From: an uncultured candidatus Porisulfidus sp.
Lineage (GTDB): Bacteria > Pseudomonadota > Gammaproteobacteria > Poriferisulfidales > Poriferisulfidaceae
Direction: 5' to 3'
Length of the DNA stretch: 64,000 bases
NCBI GenBank assembly: GCA_965116025.1
Contig: OZ220480.1
Location: 992,001 to 1,056,000, forward strand
Part shown: in pieces, positions 19,057-29,941 of the stretch
Numbering within the stretch: position 1 is the stretch's first letter
Layout of the letters: every line of letters starts with the position of its first letter
Notes under the pieces: model-generated
Seen by the model: the letters and a program-made list of their open reading frames with translations, nothing else
Told to the model about the DNA's origin: nothing
The model's database searches: none
Position numbers and translations under genes: made by a program

Positions 19057-22000
19057 ATGAAAGCGAGTCTTTCCGTTTCCAATATCGTCCGCGCCGCGCT
19101 TCGCGGGGCTCCGTCGTCTTCCCGCATAGGGGGGGGGGGGGGGGGGGGCATAGCCTCCGTTTCCTGACCGTTCTGGCCGGATTCACGGCCTTTCTCGCGG
19201 TTCCGCACTCCGCCGTCGCGGTGAACGAGTGCGGCGCTACCAGCCCGGTCACCTGCGGCGACGCGAGTTACGCCTCCACCAGCGATTCCCCGATCAAGTA
19301 TCAGGATAAGACCGGGGGTCTGACCTTGACCGTGAAGCCTTCCGGGGCGGGCACGGTCACCATCACCGCCGAGGCGCTTCCCACGAGCGCGAGCGACGCG
19401 TTCCCGGGGATCCATCTGAACGGACACGGAACCCTGAAAGTCCTTTTGGATGGCGCCGTGAAAGTCGTGAACGGGGCGACCCGGACGACGGTGGACGCGA
19501 CGCTCGCGGGCGAGACGGGGACTTTCAAGTTCATCCACCCGGATCACAAGCTGGGCTCGCGGAACGACGGGGTGTACGTGGCGTACGACAAGGATGACGA
19601 CGCGGGGACAACGACGGGCATGGTGGAGGTGATGGTGGGGAAGGACGCCGTGATCGGGAGCGAGACGGCGCCGGCGGGACGGTACGGGGTTCACGCCGCG
19701 TTCGTGGACGGGGACAGCGCCAACGCGAACTATCCAGCCGGGAAGATCAAGGTGACGAACGCGGGCATGGTGCATGGCCACTACGCGGGGATTTACGCGA
19801 AGCACGACGGGAAGGGCGACATCGAGATCGAGACGTTGGAGGGGAGCGTGACGTCGATGGGGATTCGGGCGATCTCGAATAAAGCTGACAAGGCGGATCG
19901 GGGCGGGAATATCGCCATTCGCCATCATGGCCGGATCGTGGTCAAGGATCCGGCTCGGTACGCGGACACGCTGACGATGGCGAACGTGGCCACGCCGCTG
20001 GAGATGGATAAAGTCAGCTTCTCCGACCGGCACAGAGGAGGGATCTACGTGGAGCATTGGGAAAAGCGGACGCCGACGGGCGCGAAGCCCAGCAGCTCGA
20101 TCCTGGTCGAGTCGAGCGGCGACATCGTCGCCCATCCGATCCACGGCAAAGAAGGCGACAACAGAGCGAGAAGAAGCGCCATTTACGTCATCACGCGGGG
20201 GAACGGTGATTCCGTCGTTCCGGTCACGGTCGACGTGACGGGGGGCACCCTGACGGCGGACGACCCGAGTGGAAGAAATGGAGGGAATGGGATTTACATC
20301 TATTACTCTCAGCACAAAGGCGGTTTGATCAAGGTGGATCTCGCCGGCGAGATTTCACGGACGGGAGACATAAGAGATGGAATCTTTATTGAGAGACAAT
20401 ATGACGACGATAGCGACGATTCCAGTGATGTCAGCAGGGACATAGAGGTGACGCTGAAATCCGGGGCGCGGATCGGCATGGAGGGAGACGAGCCTACCGT
20501 GGGTCGGCGTGGCGTGTCGGTGACCCAGTCGACCAGCGGGGGAACGGTTCGGGTGGCTGTGGAGTCCGGGGCGCGGATCGGAACCGCGGGGACTCCGGTC
20601 GGCGAGAACGGGGTGGTCGCCGAGATCAGCAACGCCGATGACGAGAACGACATCATGGTCACCAATGAGGGCCACATCCACGCGAAGGGCTCGGGGGTGG
20701 TCGCCCTGCATCGCGGCTGGGGTGCCGTGGTCGTGCAGCATCTGGCGGGGGAGATCGTCGCGGGCGACCAGCCTAACGCCTTCTCCTCGCTCATAGAGGA
20801 TCACCAGACGGAGTTGGCGGACCTGAAGTCCCGGACCGCTGGCGTTTCCGCCATTCATGGGGGTTCGGAGCCCAAGCCGCTTCCCGGCAAGAATATCATC
20901 ATTAGCGATCCCTCCACCTACGAGTCCGATATCGGGGAGATCAAGATCACGTCGAAGGCGGACGTCACGTCGAAGGGCGACGGCATTCTCGCTTACGTGA
21001 AAGACCTGGACGATGTGGGGGCCAGGAGCCCCAAGGTGAGAGTGCCGATCACGATCGACGTGGCCGGCGGGACGATCACGGCGGACGGCCACGGCGTCTA
21101 CGCGGAGACGGCCACCATCTACCAGGGTACCTACGCGAATACGGAGATCACCTACGACGATGCCACCAAGGCCGGGAAGATCGAGGTCACGGTGGGGGAG
21201 ATGGCGACGATCCGGGCCAAGAAGGACGGGGTGCATGTCAAGGGGATGCGGACCTTCGCGTCCGACCACGCCCGGAAAGGGCAATATGACCAGACGGTCA
21301 CGATCAACGGCAAGGTGATGGGCGGTGGTGGAGACCACGCCGGCGTTCGGATGGTGAACGGCGGGACGCTGGTGATCGGGCCGAAGGCGGAGATCGGCGC
21401 GACGTCGGGGACCGCGGTGAGCGCGGACAAGGCGCTGCATGTCACCCTGAAGGAGAACGCGCATGGGCAGATCGCGTTCGTCATGGGGAAATTCCTGAAT
21501 AGTGGAAAGGACGCGCCGAACGTCTTCCAGCGGGAGTTGATGGCCGGCGCGAAGAAGATGATCGCCGTGGGGGACGCGGTGAAGGCGACGTCGGGTAAGA
21601 CGGGGACGCATGGGGTGTATGACGCGGTGTTCGAGCGGATGGTCACGCTGAAGTCGATCGCGGGCGGGCACCAGTTCCAGGTGGACTCGGAGAAGGAGAT
21701 CAGCCGGACGTATCACGCCCGGGCTCGGGTGTACGAGGCGCTGCCGTCGGTGCTGCTGGAGATGAGCGCTCCGGGCGGCCGTCAGGCGCGTTTGTCGGCG
21801 ACGCGAGACGGCGGGGGCGCGTGGGCGCGGGTGTTGGCGAGCGACGGCGAGCGGGAGGTGGAGACATCCACGACCGAGATGGACGATGCGGGTCGCGCGC
21901 TGTCTTGGGACTTCGAGCGCTGGGGCGTGGAGACGGGCTTCGTCGTTCCTACGGACGCGCCGGGGCTGATGCTGGGCGTGAGCGCGCATTACCGGGACGG

Positions 22001-22616
22001 CGAGGCGGACGTCGCGCGTGGCGGGAAGATCGAGGTCTCGGGCGTTGGCGTGGGCGCTTCGGCGACCTGGCGGGGGGAGGACGGCTGGTACGCGGACGGG
22101 GAGCTCTCGTACACGCGGTTCGAGGATGTCGACTTGAGCTCGGAGACTCGGGGGATGGTGGCGTCCGGTCTGGACGGAGACGGCCACGCGATCAGCGTGG
22201 AGGTCGGCAGGCGCATGGATATGGACGGCTTCGCGCTGGTTCCGCGCGGGGGATTGACGTGGACCTGGGTGGACGTCGACGGCTTTGACGACGTGTCGGG
22301 CGTTATTGGAAGCGGTCGAGCGTCGTTCCGCTCGGAGGACAGCGTGCGGGCGCGGGTTGGAGCGCTGCTGGAGAATGGCCAGACGTACGCCTCATTGGAC
22401 GTGGAGCGCGAGTTCTCGGAGAGCCGGGAGGTCATGGCGTCGGGGTCGCGCTTGCGCTCGGAGGCGGAGTCCACGTGGGCGCGAGTTGGTGTCGGGGGCG
22501 TGATGGTCTTGGATGATAAAGGGGAGTCGACGCTATCGGGGGACGCTCACTACGCGGCGTCGGACGGCGACAATCATGATTACGGCGCGAGCGTCCTGCT
22601 GAAGGTTCGCTTCTGA
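19057..22616 (+). CDS. Autotransporter (type Va) 2, paralogue of autotransporter 1, frameshifted at a poly-G tract (OFF in this consensus)
   Basis: Same GAGGTGACCCAGATG start; G20 at 19129-19148; ATG frame stops at 19167; passenger and barrel ending VRF lie in another frame. Confidence 0.85.
19129..19148 (+). repeat. Poly-G tract (G20)
   Basis: Counted directly. Confidence 0.95.
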
Positions 22617-22629
22617 CCGGCTTTCTGAT

Positions 22630-22659
22630 CGCGGCCCCGGCATGCGCGCCGGGGTCGCG
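22630..22659 (+). terminator. GC-rich hairpin after autotransporter 2 (no U-tract)
   Basis: CGCGGCCCCGGC-atgcgc-GCCGGGGTCGCG. Confidence 0.55.
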
Positions 22660-22819
22660 TCAATTAGCGCGTTCGAAAATTTAGGCGAGGCGCTTGGCGC
22701 GTCAGCCGAAAAACCTTGGTGTGAAGCCCGCCGAAGTCACGTGGCGGGACTGGATTTTGGATCGGCGTTCCTCTTATGTTCTACAATCTATCTCCCTCAC
22801 CTATCGCGACCAGGTTCCC

Positions 22820-25717
22820 ATGAGTCCCGGGCCCCGGACCAACGAAGCCGCTTTCAACGCGATTCTCGCGGAAACCCTCCGGCATAAGCATCCTCTCTGG
22901 AGAGACAGCCTCGGAGTGGAGCGGAACAGGGTTTTCCCTCGCGACCCCGGACTTCGGCCGGATATCCTAATCGCTCCTCCGAAAGCGCAGCCCGTCGTGC
23001 TGGAGACGGAGTTCGTTCCCGGAACCACGGTGGAAAAGGACGCGAGATCTCGACTTGGCCTGTCGGTCGGGGGACCGGAAGGAGCGATAGAGCAAGCCAT
23101 AGCGATCCGGATTCCGGCGGCCCTTCGAGAGGGACAAGCGGATCTTCCAGATCGTATCGGGACGGCCGAGTTCGAGTACTGCGTCTTGTCCGGCGCCGCG
23201 GACGATCCAGAACGCTGGCCCAAGGATGGATGGCTGCGCGGCGGAGTGGACGACATCGCACGGTGCGCGGAGCAGGCGATGGTTTCCCAGCGCTTGGTAG
23301 ACGAGGGAATATCCATTTTGGAAGAGGGAGTCAACGTCGCGACTCGGGCGATCCAGGATTCCATAAAACTGGGAGATACTGACACGGATGGCGCATTGGG
23401 GCGCGCCCTGAGCCAGAGAGCTGGAGAGCAGACCCGGCGGATGGCGATGACCATCATCGCGAACGCGCTGACCTTCCATGACTCCATCGCCGGAAGTCAT
23501 GGCATCCCGGGCCTCGCCAAATTGAGGCAAGAAGAGGCGGAGAACCTGCGACCTGCTCTTTTGGGCGTTTGGGAGCGGATCCTGAACGAGATCAACTACT
23601 GGCCGATTTTCCATATCGCCTCGGACCTGCTCGCCATTTTGCCTTCTTGGACCGCGCATCAGGCGCTGAAGGGGCTCGCGTGCGCCGCGGAACGGCTTTC
23701 CCGCCTGGGCGTGAACGCGCGGCACGACTTGTCCGGGCGCATGTTCCAGAAGATGATCGTGGACCGGAAGTTCTTGGCGACGTTCTATACCCTTCCCACC
23801 AGCTCGACTTTGCTGGCGGAGTTGGCGATCAGGCGGTTGCGTTTCGATTGGGAGGATCTGGATGGATACGCGGACCTGCGTATCGCCGATCTCTCTTGCG
23901 GCACGGGAACGCTTCTGTCTTCGGCCTACCACGCGACGCTGAGCCGATACCGCCATGCGGGGGGCGATGACCGCGAAGCGCACCGCGCCATGATGGAGCG
24001 CGCCATCGTCGCCGCCGACATCATGCCGGCGGCGGCGCATCTGTGCGCGTCTCAGCTGTCAAGTTTTCATCCCGGGGTGGTTTTCGACAACACTCGGGTC
24101 TACACGCTGCCCTATGGTGTGGAGCGAAGCGCGGGAGAGGGGACCGCCATCGGTTCGCTTGATTTGATTTCCGCGAAGCAAGCCCAGTCGCTGTTCTCCA
24201 CTGGGCAGAGACGAGCCGGGGGAGGCGGCGAGGAGGAGACGCGCGATATCAAGCTGCCGCACGGCTCGGTGGATCTGGTGATCATGAACCCTCCTTTCAC
24301 GCGGCCGACCAATCACGAGAATACGGAGGCGCCGGTGCCCTCGTTCGCGGGTTTCAAGACCACGAGAGACGAACAATGCGCGATGTCGGATCGTCTGGCC
24401 GCGATCCAGAGAGATTTGATCCTCCCTGCTGGGCATGGAAACGCGGGGCTGGCGTCGAACTTCATCGATTTGGCGCATGCCAAAGTGAAGCCGAGCGGAA
24501 TTATCGCCTTGGTTCTCCCGATCACGGTGACCAAGGGGGAATCATGGCGGGCGGCGCGCGAGTTGCTACGCAGGGAATATCGCGACATCACGGTAATCAC
24601 GATCGCCACGGTTGGAAACACGGACCGGGCCTTCTCCGCGGACACCGGCATGGCGGAGGCATTGGTCTTGGGCACGAAGGCTAATTCAGGGGAGCCCCCC
24701 GATGACGACGCGTTGTTCGTGAACCTAGCGCGTCGACCAGCGACTTTGCTGGAAGCGGCAGAGGTGAGCAGGCTGGTCGGGGAGTTGCCGGCAAGCTCTA
24801 GGATGGGACATCTGCGCGCGGGAAAGCAAGGGCTCGGTGTCTACATCCGGGCGCCTCTGGACGAAGGGGGATGCGCGGCGTTGCGAGACGCGAGTCTCGC
24901 GGAGACGCTGATGGAACTGAAGCGGGGCCAGCTTCGCATGTCTCGCTATGGAGAGAGACATAGCGTTCCTATTGTGGAGTTGGGCGAATTGGGAGAGCGC
25001 GGTTTGCTGTATCGGGATATTGGATCGCTGAATCCCGGAGCTCCGCCATATCGCGGACCCTTCCGGGTCGTCGACATCGGGCCGGCCCCGGACTATCCGA
25101 TGCTCTGGGGCCATGCCGCCGACCGGGAGCGGCGTCTTGTGGTGGCTCCAGACAAACAGGGCGAAGTCCTACCGGGTTGCGAGGACCGCGCGGTGGAGGT
25201 CTGGGAGACGGCGACTCGCATGCATTTCAGTTTGAATTTTCGGCTTAACTCTCAAAGTCTCGCGGCCTGCCGCGCCTCTGGACCGATCATAGGCGGAGGT
25301 GCTTGGCCCAGTTTTCGGCTCAGCGACTCGCGGTGGGAGGATGTCGTCGTTCTCTGGGCGAATTCCACCCTGGGTTTGATGTGCTTCTGGTGGCGAGGCT
25401 CTCTTCAGCAACAGGGTCGGAGTCGCTTAACCATAAGCACCTTACCAGAACTGAGGGTCTTGGACCCGCGAGCGCTGACGGACCTGCAGCTGGAGCGGGC
25501 CGCGGAACTATTTGGGGAATTTCAGGAAAGGATCTTTCTGCCAGCGAACGAGGCCTATCGGGATGAGGTTCGCGTCGACTTGGATCGGGCGGTGATGACG
25601 GACCTTCTGGGTTACCCCGAGGCGATTCTGGAGCCGCTGGCGAATCTCCGGTTGAAGTGGTGCCATGAGCCATCCGTTCATGGGGGAAAGAGTAGCAGGC
25701 CCTCCGCGGGCGGGTAG
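22820..25717 (+). CDS. Type IIG-like fused restriction endonuclease / N6-adenine methyltransferase
   Basis: N-terminal PD..(ETE) nuclease-like motif, FYT, motif I DLSCGTGTLL, motif IV NPPF, C-terminal TRD-like region; start re-called at ATG 22820. Confidence 0.75.
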   Translation: MSPGPRTNEAAFNAILAETLRHKHPLWRDSLGVERNRVFPRDPGLRPDILIAPPKAQPVVLETEFVPGTTVEKDARSRLGLSVGGPEGAIEQAIAIRIPAALREGQADLPDRIGTAEFEYCVLSGAADDPERWPKDGWLRGGVDDIARCAEQAMVSQRLVDEGISILEEGVNVATRAIQDSIKLGDTDTDGALGRALSQRAGEQTRRMAMTIIANALTFHDSIAGSHGIPGLAKLRQEEAENLRPALLGVWERILNEINYWPIFHIASDLLAILPSWTAHQALKGLACAAERLSRLGVNARHDLSGRMFQKMIVDRKFLATFYTLPTSSTLLAELAIRRLRFDWEDLDGYADLRIADLSCGTGTLLSSAYHATLSRYRHAGGDDREAHRAMMERAIVAADIMPAAAHLCASQLSSFHPGVVFDNTRVYTLPYGVERSAGEGTAIGSLDLISAKQAQSLFSTGQRRAGGGGEEETRDIKLPHGSVDLVIMNPPFTRPTNHENTEAPVPSFAGFKTTRDEQCAMSDRLAAIQRDLILPAGHGNAGLASNFIDLAHAKVKPSGIIALVLPITVTKGESWRAARELLRREYRDITVITIATVGNTDRAFSADTGMAEALVLGTKANSGEPPDDDALFVNLARRPATLLEAAEVSRLVGELPASSRMGHLRAGKQGLGVYIRAPLDEGGCAALRDASLAETLMELKRGQLRMSRYGERHSVPIVELGELGERGLLYRDIGSLNPGAPPYRGPFRVVDIGPAPDYPMLWGHAADRERRLVVAPDKQGEVLPGCEDRAVEVWETATRMHFSLNFRLNSQSLAACRASGPIIGGGAWPSFRLSDSRWEDVVVLWANSTLGLMCFWWRGSLQQQGRSRLTISTLPELRVLDPRALTDLQLERAAELFGEFQERIFLPANEAYRDEVRVDLDRAVMTDLLGYPEAILEPLANLRLKWCHEPSVHGGKSSRPSAGG

Positions 25718-25824
25718 ACGCGACCGTTGGGCGGAAAGAGACGTTATGCCCGGGAGATTCGGGAGCGGAAGGCGGGATCGTCGCTGGAGCACCAAGATGT
25801 ATCCCGCGAGTCGGGCGAGCTTCC

Positions 25825-26262
25825 ATGATCGCCTTGCTTCAGCGCGTGACCGAGGCCCGAGTCGTCATCGGCGGGCGAGTCGTGGCGGATGTGGACGCTG
25901 GGGTCCTGGTTTTGGTCGGCTTCCACAAAGGGGATTCACCAGAGCGGACCGAGCGGATGGCCGAGCGAATCCTGGGCTATCGCCTGTTCGCCGACGAGAA
26001 CGGAAAAATGAATCGCTCTCTGGTCGACGCGCGGGGCGAGTTGCTCTTGGTTCCGCAGTTCACGCTCGTGGCCGCCACCGACCAAGGCATGCGCGCGAGC
26101 TTCAGCTCCGCCGCGCCGCCGGAGGCCGGGCGCGAGCTTTTCGAGAGTCTTCGCGAGGCGTGCCTGCGGCGGCACGACCAGATTCAAGTTGGGAAGTTCG
26201 GGGCCGACATGGAGGTCCACCTGGTCAACGATGGGCCGGTCACCTTCATCTTGCGCGATTGA
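25825..26262 (+). CDS. dtd: D-aminoacyl-tRNA deacylase
   Basis: LLQRV, GKMNRS, VPQFTL, G.FGADM.V.LVNDGPVT. Confidence 0.93.
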   Translation: MIALLQRVTEARVVIGGRVVADVDAGVLVLVGFHKGDSPERTERMAERILGYRLFADENGKMNRSLVDARGELLLVPQFTLVAATDQGMRASFSSAAPPEAGRELFESLREACLRRHDQIQVGKFGADMEVHLVNDGPVTFILRD

Positions 26263-26278
26263 CGCCCGCGCGGCATCC

Positions 26279-27172
26279 TCAGTCCTTTTCCAGCATCGCC
26301 CGCATGACTGGCTCCAGATGGGTGGGACAGGGCGGGTCCGTTTCGGGGCACACGCTGTCGACCTGCAGGCTACGGTAGTTGTCCATCGTGAATGGTTTTC
26401 CGGGCGCCCGCTCCAGAACGCGCGCCTGCATCCGGGAAAGGAAAGGAGACAGGGGGACGATCTTGCGCTTCAGGCCAGCGGTCGAGGCGATCAGCTCGAC
26501 CAGTTCCCGTAACGTGTATATCTCCGGGCCGCACAGGTGGATGGATCGCGAATAGGTTTTCCGATCATCCAGGGAATCGCGCATGCGCGTGACGACGTCG
26601 CCGACGTAAACTGGGGCGAAGCGAGTGTTTGGGCAGGCTAGAGGAAAGAGATACGGAGCCCAGCGGAGCAGTGAGGTGAAGCGTCCGATGAGGTGATCGC
26701 CGGGGCCGAAGATCAGAGAGGGCCGAAAACTCGTGACCCTGGTGGTTCCGCTGAATTGGAGCAGCGCGGTCTCCGCTTCCGCTTTGCTGCGCAGGTAATG
26801 GCTTCGCGCGTTTCGGTCGGCGCCAAGCGCGCTCATCTGCAGCAATCTCGGGGTTTCATGCGCGTGGCAGGCGGAGACGAGATTTTGCGCCAGATCGACG
26901 TGGGCTTTCTTGAAGGTTCGCTTGCGGACGCGGGATTCGTTGAGGATGCCGATCAGGTTGACGATAACGTCCATGCCCTCGGTATGGCGCGTGAGCGACT
27001 TTCTCTGGTGGACATCCGTCTGCACCAGATCCAGGTTCGGGAGAACCAGTAAAGAACGGTGGCGAAACCTGTGCCGGGTCAGAACGCGCACGCGGTGCCC
27101 CCGCTCCACCAAATCGCTGGCCAGCGCCCGGCCGACGAAGCCAGTGCCTCCCAGAACGCATATGCGGGCCAT
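26279..27172 (-). CDS. NAD(P)-binding epimerase / complex I NDUFA9-like protein
   Basis: GGTGFVG, VNLIGILNE, MSALGA, YLRSK, RPSLIFG; start re-called at ATG 27172. Confidence 0.85.
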   Translation of the reverse strand: MARICVLGGTGFVGRALASDLVERGHRVRVLTRHRFRHRSLLVLPNLDLVQTDVHQRKSLTRHTEGMDVIVNLIGILNESRVRKRTFKKAHVDLAQNLVSACHAHETPRLLQMSALGADRNARSHYLRSKAEAETALLQFSGTTRVTSFRPSLIFGPGDHLIGRFTSLLRWAPYLFPLACPNTRFAPVYVGDVVTRMRDSLDDRKTYSRSIHLCGPEIYTLRELVELIASTAGLKRKIVPLSPFLSRMQARVLERAPGKPFTMDNYRSLQVDSVCPETDPPCPTHLEPVMRAMLEKD

Positions 27173-27176
27173 CCAG

Positions 27177-27188
27177 TCATTATAATGA
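27177..27188. promoter_or_regulatory. Palindromic shared -10 element of a bidirectional promoter
   Basis: Perfect palindrome TCATTATAATGA gives TATAAT on both strands between divergent genes. Confidence 0.6.
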
Positions 27189-27209
27189 GGTGGAATTAGT
27201 TCTCTCGCC

Positions 27210-27878
27210 ATGCTTCTCCACCTTCCCGAAGTGCTGGGTCCTGAAGATCTGGAGACGATTCGTTCGGAGTTGAGACGGGGCAGGTTCGCGGACGGTCGCT
27301 CCAGCGCGGGCCGTCTGGCTAGCGAAGTCAAAAAGAACGAGGAATTCCAGGCCCCCCGGTCCGAGCGGGAGCCTCTGGAGCTTCGCGTCGCGCGGGCGCT
27401 TCGGAATCACCCCATGGTGCGGCGTCACGCGCTTCCGTTGCGCGTCAGCCACCCGATTTTCTCTCGCTATCGACCGGGAATGCGCTACGGTTGGCATACG
27501 GACGAGGCCGTGATGGGCGAGGGGGGCTACCGGTCGGACTTGGCGGTCACCGTGTTCTTGAGCGACCTTTCCGAGTATGAAGGCGGCGCGCTGGTTGTGG
27601 AGACCCCCTATGGGAGAAGGACCGCCCGATATCCGGCGGGAGACGCCGCGTTGTATCCCGCCGGGCGCCTGCACCGGGTCGATGAGGTGACCGCGGGCGA
27701 GCGGTGGGCGGCGGTGCTTTGGATTCAAAGTCAGGTTCGGGATGAGCAGCGCCGCGAGATTCTCCAGACACTGGATGCCTTGCGCGAGCGGAACATGGAG
27801 AAGGATCCAGAGGGCGAGGACCTTTCGAGGCTCGACTGGGTGTATTCCCGATTGTTGAGGATGTGGGCGGATGTCTGA
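27210..27878 (+). CDS. PKHD-type Fe(II)/2-oxoglutarate dioxygenase (PiuC/YbiX family)
   Basis: DGRSSAG, VKKNEE, HTD, RSDLAVTVFL, YEGG.L, HRV, WIQSQVRD, LLRMWADV. Confidence 0.88.
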   Translation: MLLHLPEVLGPEDLETIRSELRRGRFADGRSSAGRLASEVKKNEEFQAPRSEREPLELRVARALRNHPMVRRHALPLRVSHPIFSRYRPGMRYGWHTDEAVMGEGGYRSDLAVTVFLSDLSEYEGGALVVETPYGRRTARYPAGDAALYPAGRLHRVDEVTAGERWAAVLWIQSQVRDEQRREILQTLDALRERNMEKDPEGEDLSRLDWVYSRLLRMWADV

Positions 27879-28671
27879 GCCTAAGCGGATTGACGAGCGG
27901 GGCTACGAGCGAGAGTTGGAGCGCCTGCAGGTCGAGTTGATCAAGCTTCAGTACTGGATTCAGTCCCAGGGCCTGCGCGTCGTCGTACTGTTCGAGGGCC
28001 GGGACGCGGCGGGGAAGGGCGGAGTGATCCGGAGGATCATCCAACACACGAATCCGCGTATCGTGCGTCTGGTGGCGTTGCCTAAACCCACGGAGCGCGA
28101 GCGGGGGCAATGGTACTTTCAGCGTTATGTCGCCCATCTTCCCCGAGTTGGCGAGATCGCGCTGTTCGACCGTAGCTGGTACAACCGGGCCGGAGTGGAG
28201 ACGGTGATGGGATTCTGCTCCGAGATCGAGACGCAGGAGTTCTTGGTCAGCTGTCCCCAGTTCGAGGAGATGCTTTTCAATTCCGGAATCCGGCTGATCA
28301 AGTACTGGTTCGCGATCAGTCGCGAAGAGCAGGAGCGGCGTTTCCAGGCGCGTCGAGACGATCCGCTGAAGCGCTGGAAACTCAGTCCGATGGATCTGGA
28401 GGCGCGGTTTCGGTGGGACGACTACACGCGCGCGCGCGACCGGATGTTCGAGCGCTGCCACACCGAGCGAGCGCCCTGGACCGTGATCAAGGGAGACAAC
28501 AAGAAGGAGGCGCGCCTGAACTGCATTCACCACCTGCTATCGGAATTCGACTACAAGGATCTCACGCCCCCCGCGCGCGAATTGCCGCCGAGCCCGAAGC
28601 TGAGCGGCTATCAAGGACCACCGTTGCCAGCGGGGCCGCCGCCGGTGTATCTATTCGGAAAGAAAACGTAA
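27871..28671 (+). CDS. ppk2: Polyphosphate kinase 2
   Basis: FEGRDAAGKGG, WYFQRY, FDRSWYNRAGVE, WKLSPMD. Confidence 0.93.
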   Translation: MSEPKRIDERGYERELERLQVELIKLQYWIQSQGLRVVVLFEGRDAAGKGGVIRRIIQHTNPRIVRLVALPKPTERERGQWYFQRYVAHLPRVGEIALFDRSWYNRAGVETVMGFCSEIETQEFLVSCPQFEEMLFNSGIRLIKYWFAISREEQERRFQARRDDPLKRWKLSPMDLEARFRWDDYTRARDRMFERCHTERAPWTVIKGDNKKEARLNCIHHLLSEFDYKDLTPPARELPPSPKLSGYQGPPLPAGPPPVYLFGKKT

Positions 28672-28684
28672 CCAGCGCGAGACT

Positions 28685-28888
28685 TCAGTTTTTGGAGCCT
28701 TTCTCCTCGTGCGCGAGTTGCACGACCTCCATCGCGCATTCCGCGTAGTCTTTCCGGTAGTCGCGCAACTCGGAATCTTCCTCCGGCGCGAAATACTCGT
28801 CCATGCTGACGCCTCTTTCTCGGTCAAGGGCGATGAATCGGCGTTGCATTTCTAGCAACTTCTCGATTTTTTCCTGCTTTTCGCTCAT
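28685..28888 (-). CDS. Small hypothetical protein (67 aa)
   Basis: Compact charged helical ORF with upstream TACAAT; no family recognised. Confidence 0.65.
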   Translation of the reverse strand: MSEKQEKIEKLLEMQRRFIALDRERGVSMDEYFAPEEDSELRDYRKDYAECAMEVVQLAHEEKGSKN

Positions 28889-29076
28889 GGCGCATAGGTT
28901 TGGTCTCGACGCGCGCTATTGTAGCAACGATTGGGTCCAGGCGCGGGGTTGGCGAGCGGGTGGAAGAGGATCGCGCCCATACCCGAAGGCGGCCCGTGGC
29001 TTCGAAGCCGCGTCGCCTGATCGGCGCCTGCGGTACAATCCACCGAAACCTCGCTCGAGAATCGGGGCGAGGAGCG

Positions 29077-29244
29077 ATGATGCGCAAGAATCAATGGTTG
29101 CTTCTGCTGGCGGCGCTGGCGTTGGCATGGTGCGCCTCGATGGGGCTGTTCCTTGCCGGAGCGTTTTCCTATCCGTGGGGATGGCTGGTGTTGCTGGTGC
29201 TGATCGGCTGGACTTGGTTCAAGGCGCGCGAGGGAGACGCGTAG
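29077..29244 (+). CDS. Small two-TM membrane protein
   Basis: SD GAGGAG, upstream TACAAT, two hydrophobic stretches. Confidence 0.6.
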   Translation: MMRKNQWLLLLAALALAWCASMGLFLAGAFSYPWGWLVLLVLIGWTWFKAREGDA

Positions 29245-29941
29245 GCCGAATCTCGCTTTGGCCGCCCGCGGCGGCGCGGAGCGCGAACGCGCGCTCCCAG
29301 ATATCGTGCCCCAGTCGCCGGCCTCGACGCTCGAAATGGGTTTCTGGCCGATCCGGCAGGTCGGGCACGCTTCTCCAGAATGACGCTTCGTCCACGATTC
29401 GCTCGATTTGCGTCGCGTAGTCCGCCCAGTCGGTCGCCAAGTGGAGGAGACCGCCGGGCGCGAGACAGCGGGCGCATTCGTCCAGAAATCGCTCTTGGAG
29501 CAGGCGACGCTTCCGGTGCCGGCGTTTGGGCCAAGGGTCCGGGAACAGGATGCGGATCAGCCGCAGACAGTCGGCCGGAAACTTGGGCAGCAACGCGGCC
29601 GCGTCTCCAGAGACCACTCGCAAGTTGTTAATTCCGGCCCGCTCGGCCTTCCGCAATACGGAAAACAGCGCGGGGCGATACGCCTCGATTCCCAGCGCGT
29701 TGCGCTCCACGTGGCTCTGGACCTCGTCCAGTAACGCCTCGCCGCGGCCGAAACCGACCTCCAGCGTGATCGGGCCGGGTCGCTCGAACAAGGTCTCTGG
29801 ATGGAATCCCCGCGCCGGGATGGCTCGTCCGTAGCGTTCCAGCAGGGACGCGAATTCTTTCTCGCGATCTTTCGTCAGGCCGCGGGCTCGATGGGTGAAC
29901 GAGCGGATCGGTCGCCGCTGGCTGGCGGCGTTCCGGGTCAC
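29219..29941 (-). CDS. trmB: tRNA (guanine-N7)-methyltransferase
   Basis: [43 protein letters not shown]; GTG start at 29941. Confidence 0.92.
   Translation of the reverse strand: MTRNAASQRRPIRSFTHRARGLTKDREKEFASLLERYGRAIPARGFHPETLFERPGPITLEVGFGRGEALLDEVQSHVERNALGIEAYRPALFSVLRKAERAGINNLRVVSGDAAALLPKFPADCLRLIRILFPDPWPKRRHRKRRLLQERFLDECARCLAPGGLLHLATDWADYATQIERIVDEASFWRSVPDLPDRPETHFERRGRRLGHDIWERAFALRAAAGGQSEIRPTRLPRAP

Noticed and set aside
18853-25717. tRNA-anchored integrative element or prophage
   Set aside because: Accessory genes lie on the tRNA 5' side; no integrase, phage gene or duplicated tRNA 3' end was seen
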